A stretch of DNA of 64,000 nucleotides from an uncultured Christensenellaceae bacterium (GCA_944383895.1 CALWRH010000001.1:57199-121198), one strand, 5' to 3'; positions 20,368 through 30,949 are shown, counted from the stretch's first letter. The notes: generated by a model not told the origin, from the sequence alone. Made by a program: numbers and translations.

Positions 20368-21319
20368 AAAATTCATAGCGGCTGTGGACAGGGCGCAGAC
20401 TATCGCGCTTTTCAGCCACGTCAATCCCGACGGAGATACTTGCGGCAGCGCGCTTGCGCTTTACCGCGCATTGAAAACGTATGGTAAAACGCCATACGTT
20501 TTTTGTGACGGCGTATTCGGCGATAAGCTGCATTATCTCGACGGGCTGGACAATTACAATTCAACGGATTTCAAGCCCTGCGATCTCGCGATAGCGGTCG
20601 ACTGTTCGGACGACGGAAGACTCGGAGCATACGACAAAGCTTATTATTCATGCAAATACCGTATTTTCGTAGATCACCATATAACGAGAGGGAAGCGCGG
20701 CGATTTCAATATTGTAGAAACCGATGCCGCCGCTACGGCTGAAGTCGCGTTCGATCTGATAAAAGGCATGGACGCACGCAAAAAGTGCATGGACGACGTC
20801 ATTGCAAAACTATTGTACTGCGCTCTCGTTACAGACAGCGGCGGTTTTTCGTTCTCGTCGGTTACGCAGAAAACTTTGCTCACCGCGGCAGAACTCATCG
20901 TCTACGATTTCAGACCCAACGAAATATTCGACAACTTCATAAAGAAGACCGATTATAAGATATTTAATCTTAAGAACCGCGTGCTGAGTGGTACAAAGCT
21001 TTACGACGACGGAGTTATAGCCGGGATTTTTTTCAGAAAGTCTGATTTTGAAGCTACGGGAACGAGCGAGATCGATACAGACGGTATAATAAACAATATA
21101 CTCAATATCGACGGCGTAAAAATCGCTTTTTCTATAACTGAAACTAAAGGCGAGATGCAATATAAAGTCAGTTTCCGCACCGTTGACGGCGTAAATGCGG
21201 ACGAGATAGCTGCTATTTTCGGAGGCGGCGGACACAAGAACGCCGCAGGTTGCAGAGTAAGCGGATTTTTTGAAGACGTAAAAGACAAAATCCTCAAGGC
21301 GTGCAGGGACTGTTTATGA
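20342..21319 (+). CDS. nrnA: DHH/DHHA1 phosphoesterase (NrnA-like oligoribonuclease/pAp phosphatase)
   Basis: HVNPDGDTCGSALAL, DHH (VDHHI), C-terminal GGGGHKNAAG. Confidence 0.8.
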   Translation: MTVKEQTIEKFIAAVDRAQTIALFSHVNPDGDTCGSALALYRALKTYGKTPYVFCDGVFGDKLHYLDGLDNYNSTDFKPCDLAIAVDCSDDGRLGAYDKAYYSCKYRIFVDHHITRGKRGDFNIVETDAAATAEVAFDLIKGMDARKKCMDDVIAKLLYCALVTDSGGFSFSSVTQKTLLTAAELIVYDFRPNEIFDNFIKKTDYKIFNLKNRVLSGTKLYDDGVIAGIFFRKSDFEATGTSEIDTDGIINNILNIDGVKIAFSITETKGEMQYKVSFRTVDGVNADEIAAIFGGGGHKNAAGCRVSGFFEDVKDKILKACRDCL

Positions 21320-22203
21320 ATTTTGCCATTGCTATCGACAAGCCGCTCGGGCTTTCTTCGAGCGACGTCGTTATCAAATGCAGAAACGCGTTGTCAAGGG
21401 CAGTCGGCGTAAAGATAAAATGCGGACATATGGGGACTCTCGATCCTGCCGCTGAAGGCGTGCTCGTGCTCGGATTCGGAAAAGCGACAAAGCTGTTCGA
21501 CTATATGCAGAACAGGAAAAAGACGTATGTTGCTGAATTTACCTTCGGAAAAACGACAGATACTCTCGACAGAGAAGGCGTTGTGACTGAAGAAAACGGC
21601 AAATTGCCCGATAAAGATCTGCTTGAAAAAACCGTAAAAGAATTTACGGGCGAAATAATGCAGGTGCCGCCTAGGTACAGCGCGGTCAACGTAAACGGCG
21701 TGCGTGCATATAAACTCGCGCGTAACGGCAAAGAAGTAGATATCCCCGCTAAAAAAGTAAACGTATACGATATAAAAATATCTGACATAGAAGAGCAAGA
21801 CGGAAAGGTAAAAAAAGTAATACTCGAAATTCAATGCGGTTCGGGAACGTATATCAGAAGTCTTTGTCGTGATATTGCCGAAGAGCTGAGCTGTCTATCG
21901 TATATGTCGGCATTAAGACGAACCTCGTGTGCGGGATATAGCGAGTGCGACGCGGTAAAAATGCAGGATTTTATCTCTGATCCCGCATCTTATATAAAAA
22001 AAGAAGACGAAATACTTTCAAAACTTTTTGAAGTAAAAGAAATTGATCCGGATACGGCAAAAAGACTTAAGTACGGACAAAACGTTAAGATGGAGCTTTG
22101 TGACGGACGTTACGGAGTTGTCTGCGAAAACGAGGTACTCGGAGTCGCGCTTGTAAAAGACGGATATATAAAGCTGGAAACTCATTTATGGAATACGATA
22201 TAA
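21316..22203 (+). CDS. truB: tRNA pseudouridine-55 synthase
   Basis: KCGHMGTLDPAAEGVL catalytic Asp motif. ATG 21316 overlaps the nrnA stop (ATGA). Confidence 0.9.
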   Translation: MNFAIAIDKPLGLSSSDVVIKCRNALSRAVGVKIKCGHMGTLDPAAEGVLVLGFGKATKLFDYMQNRKKTYVAEFTFGKTTDTLDREGVVTEENGKLPDKDLLEKTVKEFTGEIMQVPPRYSAVNVNGVRAYKLARNGKEVDIPAKKVNVYDIKISDIEEQDGKVKKVILEIQCGSGTYIRSLCRDIAEELSCLSYMSALRRTSCAGYSECDAVKMQDFISDPASYIKKEDEILSKLFEVKEIDPDTAKRLKYGQNVKMELCDGRYGVVCENEVLGVALVKDGYIKLETHLWNTI

Positions 22204-23102
22204 GACAAACAGATTATAAAATCGGATGCAATGACCCTATTGTGCTTTGTCTGGGCTTTTTCGACTGCGTACACCGCGGACATAACTCTCTTATACAGCG
22301 CGCTAAGCTTTTTGCTAAAATAGACGGAGCAAAATGCGCTGTATTTACTTTTTGCAACACGCCTTTCAGTTTTCTCGGGAGAAAAGAAAAAGAGATATTT
22401 ACCTATGAAGAGAGAGCTTTCAGGCTGTGGCAACTCGGCGTTGACATAATAGTAAATGCGGAGCCTGACAAAGAGTTCTTTTCGACCTCCGCAAAGGATT
22501 TTCTTGACGGACTGTTTGACAAATTCAATATTCAGACGATAATAGCAGGCAGCGATTTTACTTACGGCGCAGGCGCAAAGGGCAATGCGGAGACTCTCAA
22601 GGCTTATTGTCAAGAACGGAGAGTCGATTGTCATATCGCGCATATGGTAGAATACGCCGAGGGAAAAAAGATAGCAAGCAGAGAAATAAGAGAGCTTGTC
22701 AAAAACGGAGAAATAGAAAAGGTAAACGCGCTTTTGCCTTTGCCTTACATAGTAGCTGGCAAAGTTGTGAAAGGACGTCACGAAGGCACTGAGATAGGCA
22801 CTCCGACGGCGAACATTGACATACCTGAAGAAAAATTGCAGATAGCAAGCGGCGTTTACGATACGAACGTACTGATAGACGGTGTAAGACTGAGAGCAGT
22901 TACGAACGTGGGCGAACATCCGACTTTCGGCGACACGCATTATAACGTAGAAAGTTATATCCTGCATTGGAACAACAATATATACGGAAAATTCATTGTA
23001 GTCGAGTTTCTGAAGAAGCTCAGAGATATAAAAAAATTCGATTCAAAAGAAGAGCTGTCCGCGCAGATAGTTAAAGACGCGGCGCAGGTACTCGGGAGGT
23101 AA
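22188..23102 (+). CDS. ribF: Bifunctional riboflavin kinase / FMN adenylyltransferase
   Basis: GFFDCVHRGH, and the C-terminal kinase part GR..GTEIGTPTANI...R.EKFDS-like (IKKFDSKEEL). Confidence 0.9.
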   Translation: MEYDIRQTDYKIGCNDPIVLCLGFFDCVHRGHNSLIQRAKLFAKIDGAKCAVFTFCNTPFSFLGRKEKEIFTYEERAFRLWQLGVDIIVNAEPDKEFFSTSAKDFLDGLFDKFNIQTIIAGSDFTYGAGAKGNAETLKAYCQERRVDCHIAHMVEYAEGKKIASREIRELVKNGEIEKVNALLPLPYIVAGKVVKGRHEGTEIGTPTANIDIPEEKLQIASGVYDTNVLIDGVRLRAVTNVGEHPTFGDTHYNVESYILHWNNNIYGKFIVVEFLKKLRDIKKFDSKEELSAQIVKDAAQVLGR

Positions 23103-23104
23103 AT

Positions 23105-23950
23105 ATGATAAAATTCGGACCGAGCGGAAGTTGCGGACTTTTTGCGATGCAAGGGTTCACTCACACCGTTCAGGAGGCAAAGTGGCTTGCAGAGCTCGGG
23201 CTTGACTGTTTCGAATATTCGTTCGGAAGAGGCGTAAGACTCACAGAGAAAACAGCACGCGAAATAGGAGAAGAGTTCAAAAAATATTCTATCGAAATTT
23301 CCGTGCATGCACCTTATTTTATCAATCTCGCTACGCAGGAAGAGGAAAAAGCGGAAAACAATCACAATTATATATTCGGGTCCCTGAAAGCATTGAGAGA
23401 ATTGGGCGGAAAACGCTGCGTCTTTCACCCGGGATCGCCGCTGAAAGCGGACAGAAACGAAGCTATGGATCTTCTGATGAAAAGGCTTGACGTCGTCATG
23501 CAGCTAAAGCACGAGTACGGATATGACGATATGTGGCTTTGTGCGGAAACTATGGGAAAGAAATCGCAGCTTGGCGATCTGAGCGAAGTTATCCGCATGT
23601 GCAAAAATTACGACACGCTTTTGCCTTGTATAGACTTCGGACATCTGAACGCGAGAGATCAGGGCGTGATCAAAGGTTATGACGATTATAAACGAATAAT
23701 CGACGCTTTGGCGGACGGACTCGGCGATTTCAAGACCAAAAACATGCACGTTCATTTCAGCAAGATACAATACGGCGACAAAGGAGAGCTAAGACATCTG
23801 ACTTTTGACGACGATAAGTACGGACCCGATTTCGAGCCGCTTATGCGCGTTATATCCGATTATAAGCTAGAGCCGTATATCGCATGTGAATCGGCAGGTA
23901 CGCAGACGATGGATGCTCTTGCCATGAAAAACTACTATAAATCGCTATAA
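23105..23950 (+). CDS. Xylose-isomerase-like TIM-barrel protein, endonuclease IV (Nfo)-like
   Basis: HAPYFINL, VFHPGS, ETMG, IDFGH, HVHFS metal-ligand-like motifs are spaced as in AP endonuclease family 2. The family call is by eye only. Confidence 0.6.
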   Translation: MIKFGPSGSCGLFAMQGFTHTVQEAKWLAELGLDCFEYSFGRGVRLTEKTAREIGEEFKKYSIEISVHAPYFINLATQEEEKAENNHNYIFGSLKALRELGGKRCVFHPGSPLKADRNEAMDLLMKRLDVVMQLKHEYGYDDMWLCAETMGKKSQLGDLSEVIRMCKNYDTLLPCIDFGHLNARDQGVIKGYDDYKRIIDALADGLGDFKTKNMHVHFSKIQYGDKGELRHLTFDDDKYGPDFEPLMRVISDYKLEPYIACESAGTQTMDALAMKNYYKSL

Positions 23951-23990
23951 TTCTTTACAAAGATAAGGCGGTATGCTAAAATAATAAGGT

Positions 23991-25034
23991 ATGAACGACA
24001 CTATGGAAATAAGGAAAAACTTCGGTTGCGACGCTGTTCTGGCGACAACTTCTTCGAATACTTTTTATCTCGGCGGTTACGAAAGCACGAACTGCCAGAT
24101 ACTTCTGACAGACGATAAAAATTACTTTTTTACCGATATGCGCTATTTCGAAGAAGCTGAGAGCTGCATCGGCGACAGATTTGAAGTTATATCGGGTGGA
24201 ATAGAGGATATCAGACAACTTTGCGAAAAACTCGGCGTAAAAACACTCGGTGTCGAGCAAAATGTAAGTTACAGCGAATACGTTTCACTCGAAAAACTGT
24301 TCAGCGGTATAAAATTCGTTGCGGTTGACGACGTCTTCAAAAAGATGAGAGCCGTCAAGTCTGACAGAGAACTCGATCTCATGATCAAGGCTCAGAGCGT
24401 TACCGACGCCGCTTTTACAGAGATCCTTCCTTTTATCAAAGAAGGAGTAAGCGAAATCGAGGTAGCGGCAAGACTTGAATATATCATCCTGAAAAACGGA
24501 TGCGAACTCGCTTTTGACAGTATTGTTGCTTTCGGAGAAAACGGCAGTAAGCCTCACGCTCACAGGAGCGAAAGGAAACTCAGGAGAGGCGAGTTTGTTA
24601 CCATGGATTTCGGAGCAAAAAACAAAGGGTATTGCTCGGATATGACGAGAACGGTTGCACTCGGCGCCGTAGACGAAAGAAAGGCTCGCGCATACAATGC
24701 AGTTCTCGAGGCAAACAAGCTTGCGGCAAAAACCGCTAAAGCAGGAGATAAGTGCAGCGACGTCGATGCCGTCGCGAGAAATTATCTTGCGAAATACGGC
24801 CTCGACAAATATTTCACTCACTCGCTTGGACACAGCGTAGGCGTTGATATACACGAGATGCCCGCGTTTTCGCCTAAATGCGACGAGATACTAAAGCCCG
24901 GCATGATCATTACAGACGAACCTGGCGTATATCTTGCAGGAGATTTCGGTCTGAGAATAGAAGATATGCTGCTCATAACCGAAAACGGTGCGCGCGTACT
25001 TACTAATTCGGACAAAAATCTAATAGTACTGTAA
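23991..25034 (+). CDS. M24-family Xaa-Pro aminopeptidase/dipeptidase
   Basis: Pita-bread metal ligands in context (DFGA..KGYCSDMTRT, HSLGHSVG.DIHE, TDEPG.Y, GLRIED). efp is the neighbour, as for B. subtilis yqhT. Confidence 0.85.
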   Translation: MNDTMEIRKNFGCDAVLATTSSNTFYLGGYESTNCQILLTDDKNYFFTDMRYFEEAESCIGDRFEVISGGIEDIRQLCEKLGVKTLGVEQNVSYSEYVSLEKLFSGIKFVAVDDVFKKMRAVKSDRELDLMIKAQSVTDAAFTEILPFIKEGVSEIEVAARLEYIILKNGCELAFDSIVAFGENGSKPHAHRSERKLRRGEFVTMDFGAKNKGYCSDMTRTVALGAVDERKARAYNAVLEANKLAAKTAKAGDKCSDVDAVARNYLAKYGLDKYFTHSLGHSVGVDIHEMPAFSPKCDEILKPGMIITDEPGVYLAGDFGLRIEDMLLITENGARVLTNSDKNLIVL

Positions 25035-25138
25035 TAAATAGCGAATAAATCTTTATTCGTACACAAACGGAATTGACGGAGAAATCCGTAGTTTGATATA
25101 ATAACAATTAGCAAGCATAAGCAAAATGGAGGTTTTTT

Positions 25139-25705
25139 ATGGCTGATTTTATATTGGCAGGCGATTTCAGAAAGGGTATTACCTTTGAGATGGACGGCAA
25201 GGTTATGACTATCGTTGACTTTTTGCACGTCAAACCGGGCAAGGGCGCGGCATTTGTAAGAACCAAGCTGCGTAACGTTATTTCCGGCGGCGTTATCGAA
25301 ATGACGTTCAACCCGACGGACAAGTTCCCGACGGCACATATTGAGCGCAAGACGATGAACTATTCTTATCAGGACGGAGATCTGTATTATTTCATGGACA
25401 ATGAGACTTTCGACATGATCCCGCTCAATAAAGAGGTCTGCGAAGAGGCTTTGCAGTTCGTACCCGAAAACGGCGAAGTTACCGTATCTTTCTATAACGG
25501 CAACCCGTTCTCCGTCGAAGCTCCCAACTTTGTCGAACTCAAGATCGTTCACAGCGAGCCCGGCGTAAAAGGCAACACCACCACCAACGCTACTAAACCT
25601 GCAACTCTCGAAACAGGCTATACGCTCAACGTTCCGCTTTTCGTAAACGAAGGCGACACGATCAGAGTAGATACCCGCACGGGATCTTATATGTCCAGAG
25701 TGTAA
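25139..25705 (+). CDS. efp: Translation elongation factor P
   Basis: [17 protein letters not shown] with the modified Lys loop. 188 aa. Confidence 0.97.
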   Translation: MADFILAGDFRKGITFEMDGKVMTIVDFLHVKPGKGAAFVRTKLRNVISGGVIEMTFNPTDKFPTAHIERKTMNYSYQDGDLYYFMDNETFDMIPLNKEVCEEALQFVPENGEVTVSFYNGNPFSVEAPNFVELKIVHSEPGVKGNTTTNATKPATLETGYTLNVPLFVNEGDTIRVDTRTGSYMSRV

Positions 25706-25727
25706 TACCTTGTCAAAGGATATACGG

Positions 25728-25752
25728 GCGACCCTGAAAAGGGTCGCTTTTT
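25728..25752 (+). terminator. Rho-independent terminator after efp
   Basis: GCGACCC-tgaaaa-GGGTCGC followed by T5. Confidence 0.8.
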
Positions 25753-26172
25753 GTTTGCATTAATTACGTTATTTATATTTTTTGAATATCGGTATATTTT
25801 CCGAAAACATCAATAATTTTTAGCAGATAAATTAATTTAGTAAAAGGGCAGATATTGCTGGTTTGTCGGTTTTATTATAAAAATCACTATAATTTAGAAT
25901 AATTTCAACCGAAAATATTGTAAAATACGCAAAATTATAACCAATACTAATCAGCGTATCTTAAAACGTATTAATTGAGAATAAACAAAATATCTGTCTT
26001 GCGACACTTAAAGGAGATAAAATACGGCTGAAAGTTTTATCGCTTTTTTTGTGCATTTATAAATAATCTTATCGTGTATGAAATCAGATCGGTAAATTTT
26101 TGTATTTTTTTGTCATAACGGCAAGAGAACGGACTTGTCCGCATAGATTATTGTAGCAAAAGGAGAAAGGCT

Positions 26173-27042
26173 ATGATAAAAGATCTTTTGCCCGAAGGGA
26201 TTTTCGATTTAATCAAGCAAGGCTGCAACTTAAATGAGATTACAGAGATAAGACTGAGGACGGGAAAACCTTTGTCGGTCGCAGAATACGGCGTATATTA
26301 TTTTCCAGCGGATAAGGACGGTCACATATATACCGTTACCAAAGAAGACGTCGAATATGTGCTCGGCGTTGCGACAAAACACTCCGTCTATGCCATAAAC
26401 AATCAGCTTGCAAGCGGTTTTCTGAGCTGCGAAGACGGCGTAAGAATAGGCGTTTCAGGAGAAGGCGTGTATAAAAACGGCAAGCTTTTTACCGTAAAAA
26501 ACGTAAATTTTCTCTGCATCAGAATACCCAGGCAGATTTTCGGTTGTGCATCCGAACTAAAAGGGGTCATCGAAGATTTTGACAATACGGTAATCGTTTC
26601 GCCTCCCGGTATGGGCAAGACGACAGTTCTCAGAGAAACGGTCAGGCTTCTGTCCGAAAAAGGCAAAAACATACTCCTTATAGACGAAAGAAACGAATTG
26701 TCGGCAAGCGTGAACGGTATTCCGTCAATGGATATCGGACCAAACACGGACGTTTTGCTGTTTTCTTCAAAAAAAGGCGGATATGCGGATGCCGTAAGGG
26801 CTATGCGACCCGATATAATCGCTACCGACGAAATTTTCGGCAAAGAAGAAATAGAGTGTCTGTCGGATATCAACAGGTGCGGCATTAAGGTGCTTGCTAC
26901 CGTTCATGCAAAAGACACACTTTCTTTGCTCAAAGATAAGACATATTGTGCGTTAGCTGCTTTTACGCGCTATTTTGCAGAACTCGGCGAACTCGGTAAG
27001 ATCACGACTGTCATTGACAAGGAGAGGGTGAAAAAGTGCTGA
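26173..27042 (+). CDS. spoIIIAA: Stage III sporulation protein AA (ATPase)
   Basis: Walker A SPPGMGKTT. First gene of an eight-gene cluster with spoIIIA order and sizes. Confidence 0.9.
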   Translation: MIKDLLPEGIFDLIKQGCNLNEITEIRLRTGKPLSVAEYGVYYFPADKDGHIYTVTKEDVEYVLGVATKHSVYAINNQLASGFLSCEDGVRIGVSGEGVYKNGKLFTVKNVNFLCIRIPRQIFGCASELKGVIEDFDNTVIVSPPGMGKTTVLRETVRLLSEKGKNILLIDERNELSASVNGIPSMDIGPNTDVLLFSSKKGGYADAVRAMRPDIIATDEIFGKEEIECLSDINRCGIKVLATVHAKDTLSLLKDKTYCALAAFTRYFAELGELGKITTVIDKERVKKC

Positions 27043-27536
27043 AATTACTGCTCGGAGCAGCGCTTTTCGTCTGTTGCGGTTATGTCGGTTACGGCGTAAG
27101 TACACATTACAGGAGAAGATACAATCTTCTCGTGGGGGTAATCGGCTATATAGACGCGCTGATCAACGGCATATCTTATCTGCAGAGTACGCTCGCGGAA
27201 CTCACGTCGGGATATGCGGGAGAGAAAAAAGACGACTTTGGGAAAATGCTCGCCAAATACATACTTTTACTGAAAAACGGCTCGTACAGGAAAGAAGACT
27301 GCGCGGCGATACTACGATCTCGTCTTTTGACGGGATATGAGCAGAACGCTTTGGCAGAAATGTTGTATTCGCTCGGAAAATCCGATATAGATACCCAGCT
27401 GTCAGAATTGAACAAATACCGCGCTCTTATCTCTCCGATAGCCGCCGAGGCAGGGAACAACTATAAAAAATACGGCTCGCTTGCTTTCAAACTTGGCATT
27501 TTGGCGGGTCTTGCGGCACTTCTCATAACGGCATGA
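27036..27536 (+). CDS. spoIIIAB: Stage III sporulation protein AB
   Basis: GTG start overlapping the AA stop. 166 aa with an N-terminal TM. Position in the operon. Confidence 0.8.
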   Translation: MLKLLLGAALFVCCGYVGYGVSTHYRRRYNLLVGVIGYIDALINGISYLQSTLAELTSGYAGEKKDDFGKMLAKYILLLKNGSYRKEDCAAILRSRLLTGYEQNALAEMLYSLGKSDIDTQLSELNKYRALISPIAAEAGNNYKKYGSLAFKLGILAGLAALLITA

Positions 27537-27549
27537 ATACGGAGGTAAA

Positions 27550-27747
27550 ATGGACGTTAGCATAATTTTCAAAATAGCAGGCGTTGGATTGCTCACTGCG
27601 ATAATAAACATAGTGCTCAAAAAAAGCGACAAGGACGAGATTGCGACGCTCGTTACGCTTACGGGACTCGTAATCGTTCTGCTTATAGTTCTCGATATGC
27701 TCGGCGGACTGTTCGACAGTCTGAAATCTGTGTTAAGCCTTTATTGA
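27550..27747 (+). CDS. spoIIIAC: Stage III sporulation protein AC
   Basis: 65-aa two-TM protein (IFKIAGVGLLTAI...), typical of SpoIIIAC. Confidence 0.9.
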   Translation: MDVSIIFKIAGVGLLTAIINIVLKKSDKDEIATLVTLTGLVIVLLIVLDMLGGLFDSLKSVLSLY

Positions 27748-28130
27748 TGGACGTATTCAGACTTGTTGCAATCGGGATAATCGGCGCGGTTGCGTGTCTT
27801 CTTCTGAAAAAAACCGACGGACAGTACGCGGCTCTGGTTGCCGTAGCTACGGGGATAGTGATACTTATCATTTGCATAAAATCCCTTGCGTCCGTACTCG
27901 TTTCTCTTCAGGAGATAGTAGACCGCACGGGCATTGACGATACTTTGTTTTCAGCACTTCTGAAGATAGTCGGCATCGGATATCTTACAGAGTATGCCTG
28001 CGGACTTTGCGAAGATCTCGATTGCGGCGGAATATCCAAAAAGATAGCTTTAGGCGGCAAAATAGCCATTTTCCTAATGGCTCTGCCTATTGTAAACGCA
28101 CTTATAGATACCGTTGCGGGGTTGGTATGA
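27744..28130 (+). CDS. spoIIIAD: Stage III sporulation protein AD
   Basis: 128-aa polytopic protein paralogous to AC. Overlapping stop/start. Confidence 0.9.
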   Translation: MMDVFRLVAIGIIGAVACLLLKKTDGQYAALVAVATGIVILIICIKSLASVLVSLQEIVDRTGIDDTLFSALLKIVGIGYLTEYACGLCEDLDCGGISKKIALGGKIAIFLMALPIVNALIDTVAGLV

Positions 28131-29326
28131 AGAAATTGAAGAATAAGATCCTGATAATATTCCTTCTTGTGGTCGCGATAACGATTATCTGCGGAACAAA
28201 CGCTTACGCGGCTGAAAGCGGCGAAGAGTCTGCAGAAGAAAAGCTGGAAAAAGAAATCGAGGACAAGCTCGGTCAGATAGATTTTTCAGGTATAGAAAGC
28301 TGGCTTGACGAATACGGCGATAACGGCGCGGGCATTGCAGACAACGGTTTTCTTCAGGCGGTAAAGGACATTATCGGAGGTAAATACGATCAGGATGCAG
28401 GAGGATTTATAAATGCGCTTGCAAATATCGCCACGAGCTGCGTAAAAGACGCTTTGCCTGCGCTTATATCTGTCTTCGCCATTGCTTTGCTGTATTCGAT
28501 AGTTGGCGGACTTTCGGGCGGATTCTTGAAAAAGAGTACTACCGAACTTATATATTTTGCTTGCTATGCAGCGATGATCTCTATTGTAATTGCAAAAGTC
28601 GCCTCGCTTCTTATGAAGGCATCCGCTACGATAAATTCAATGCAATCGCTTATGAACGCTACGTTTCCGATACTTCTGACGTTGCTTACGGCTCTCGGGT
28701 CAGTGACTTCGGCATCGGTTTACAAGCCTATGACGGCTGTGCTCGCAACGGGAGTTACGACAATTGTCAGCTCTCTCGTGATGCCTCTTTTTATCGCAGC
28801 GACGACTATCGGCATAGTCGGCAATCTGAGCAAAAACGTCAAACTTACAAAGCTGACGGATTTTTTCAAGAGTTGCGCAAACTTCATATTAGGAGGCATA
28901 TTCGGTATATTTGCGACCTTTCTGTCTGTGCAGGGACTGACGGGAGCGATAGCGGATACGGTTTCCATCAAGACTGCAAAATTCGCTTTGCAGAGTTACA
29001 TACCTCTTCTCGGCGGATATCTTTCTGACGGATTCGATCTCGTGCTTGCGGGACTCGTGCTCATAAAAAACTCTGCGGGACTCGTGATAGCACTGCTTAT
29101 CCTTGCGGCGATAGCGGCTCCCGTAATAGAAATCGCGGTATTTTCGCTCGGATTAAGGCTTATAAGCGGTCTTATAGAGCCGCTTTGCGACGACAGATTT
29201 TCGTCTATGCTGTACGGGGTTTCAAAGAATCTCGGAATACTCATTGCGATGATAATCGGCGTCGGATTTATGTTTATAGTCACCGTAATGCTTATCGTTG
29301 CGACTTGCAATGCGGGGGTAGTATGA
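28127..29326 (+). CDS. spoIIIAE: Stage III sporulation protein AE
   Basis: Signal-peptide-like N-terminus MKKLKNKILIIFLLVV and a polytopic C-terminal domain. ATG 28127 overlaps the AD stop (ATGA). Confidence 0.9.
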   Translation: MKKLKNKILIIFLLVVAITIICGTNAYAAESGEESAEEKLEKEIEDKLGQIDFSGIESWLDEYGDNGAGIADNGFLQAVKDIIGGKYDQDAGGFINALANIATSCVKDALPALISVFAIALLYSIVGGLSGGFLKKSTTELIYFACYAAMISIVIAKVASLLMKASATINSMQSLMNATFPILLTLLTALGSVTSASVYKPMTAVLATGVTTIVSSLVMPLFIAATTIGIVGNLSKNVKLTKLTDFFKSCANFILGGIFGIFATFLSVQGLTGAIADTVSIKTAKFALQSYIPLLGGYLSDGFDLVLAGLVLIKNSAGLVIALLILAAIAAPVIEIAVFSLGLRLISGLIEPLCDDRFSSMLYGVSKNLGILIAMIIGVGFMFIVTVMLIVATCNAGVV

Positions 29327-29784
29327 CGGGTTGGATAATGAGTATCGTCGGAGTGGTCGTTATCGGCGTATTAATAGACGTCCTGACGTCCGAAGGCGAG
29401 AGCAACAAGTATATCAAAGGCATTTACGCGCTCATAGTAGTGCTTGTGATAGCGTCGCCGATAGCTAAGGCTTTGAAGTCGGATATAGACTTTTCTAAAT
29501 ATTTCGATCAGACTTTCGATACTGATTCTGCGTTCGTCGACAGCGTGAACGACGACAGAAAACAAAGCGACGAACAAAAAATTACAATATATCTCAAAAA
29601 TCGCGGCTATGACGGTGCAAACGTTGTAATTTTTCAGTCAACGTCAAATATATATGAAATTGACAGGGTGAACGTGGACATCACGCTTTGCAGTCAGACT
29701 AAAGAAGAGTGTGAAGAAGAAATAAAAAAGATCGTATTTTCTACGGTAAATTGCAACGAGGTAAGAGTTTATGACAACAAATAA
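29323..29784 (+). CDS. spoIIIAF: Stage III sporulation protein AF
   Basis: Two N-terminal TM helices plus a soluble domain. ATG 29323 overlaps the AE stop. Confidence 0.8.
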   Translation: MTGWIMSIVGVVVIGVLIDVLTSEGESNKYIKGIYALIVVLVIASPIAKALKSDIDFSKYFDQTFDTDSAFVDSVNDDRKQSDEQKITIYLKNRGYDGANVVIFQSTSNIYEIDRVNVDITLCSQTKEECEEEIKKIVFSTVNCNEVRVYDNK

Positions 29785-30319
29785 CGACGCGACAGAAAAG
29801 ATAGGTATTTTATCAAAGCTAAAGAGCATAAAACATATCGAGATAATCGTTGCAGTTGCTCTCTGTGCGGTATTGCTGATAGGCTATACGATATATTCCT
29901 TTGTCAAGGACGACACGAGCGTCACTACGGCGAGCGGAGAAGAACTTCAGGAGGAGATAGCGTCCGTAATATCCAAGATAGAAGGAGTCGGAAAATGCGA
30001 GATCCTGATAACATACGACGGATCTGAAAGTTACGAGATAGCCTACGACGAAGAAACCGTTACGACTACGACGACCGACAGCGACGCAAACAGCGACAGA
30101 GTCGTCGAAAATTCTACGACAACGTCAAAGCCCGTGATAATAACCGTTGACGGCAAACAGCAGCCGCTCGTTATCTCTACTATACCCGCAAAAATAGACG
30201 GCATCGTCGTAGTAGCGGAGGGCGGTGACGACGTTTACGTCAAACTCAAGATAATCGACGCACTGTGTGCGCTTCTCGACGTGGACGGTTCTAAAATTAA
30301 GGTGTATAAAATGAAATAA
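29771..30319 (+). CDS. spoIIIAG: Stage III sporulation protein AG
   Basis: Single N-terminal TM. C-terminal ring-building motif region (IEGVGKCEILITY...VVVAEGGDD...KIKVYKM). Confidence 0.85.
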   Translation: MTTNNDATEKIGILSKLKSIKHIEIIVAVALCAVLLIGYTIYSFVKDDTSVTTASGEELQEEIASVISKIEGVGKCEILITYDGSESYEIAYDEETVTTTTTDSDANSDRVVENSTTTSKPVIITVDGKQQPLVISTIPAKIDGIVVVAEGGDDVYVKLKIIDALCALLDVDGSKIKVYKMK

Positions 30320-30412
30320 CGGTCAATATAATAGAACAGAAAGGCAGCAGAACAAGTCAAAAAGCCGAAAGGCAAACAAAAATATATATTTTTACATCCA
30401 TGGAGGTATTTT

Positions 30413-30949
30413 ATGGCAGAACAAACTCAGACGGTGAAAGCTAAAAAGCAGCTTTCCTCAAACGCAAAAAAGGTAATAATCCTTTGCAGCATGGTTGCTT
30501 TGCTCGTGCTTACCGGCGTGCTCAATTTCGCACTGAACAACGACTGGTTCGCTAAGACGGGCGACGGCGGAGAACAGCTTACCGGCGGCGATACGGTCGA
30601 AACTTTCTTCAGTACATACCGCACGAGCCGTGAAACTGCAAGAGCAGAAGAGATGAGCTATCTCGAGGCTATCATCGCGTCCGAAACCTCTACCGAAGAG
30701 GCTAAAGCTACGGCAGAAACCATGCGTCAGGAGCTTCTCAACAATATCGAATCCGAACTCGTGATCGAGAGCCTTATCAAGGCAAAAGGTTTTGACGACG
30801 CAGTAGTGACCATGAGCACCAACAACATCAACGTCATAATCAACAAGAGCGAGCTCGAATCTCAGGAAGTCGCACAGATCCTCAGCGTTATCCTTGAAGA
30901 AACCGATTATACCGCTAGCGAGGTTGTTGTCGTTCCATATACCGCGTAA
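30413..30949 (+). CDS. spoIIIAH: Stage III sporulation protein AH
   Basis: N-terminal TM followed by a YscJ/FliF-like soluble domain (FFSTYRTSRETARAEEMSYLEAII...). Last gene of the cluster. Confidence 0.8.
   Translation: MAEQTQTVKAKKQLSSNAKKVIILCSMVALLVLTGVLNFALNNDWFAKTGDGGEQLTGGDTVETFFSTYRTSRETARAEEMSYLEAIIASETSTEEAKATAETMRQELLNNIESELVIESLIKAKGFDDAVVTMSTNNINVIINKSELESQEVAQILSVILEETDYTASEVVVVPYTA

Noticed and set aside
25794-25826. TATTTTCCGAAAACATCAATAATTTTTAGCAG, whose first half matches the left arm of difSL (ATTTTTCCGAAAA) as I recall it.
   Set aside because: The right arm does not match (about 6 of 11 positions), the spacing differs, and the site is 24 kb from the XerS-like gene, whereas difSL normally abuts xerS. 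The palindrome alone could arise by chance in AT-rich DNA. It is kept only as a note within the efp-spoIIIA gap finding.
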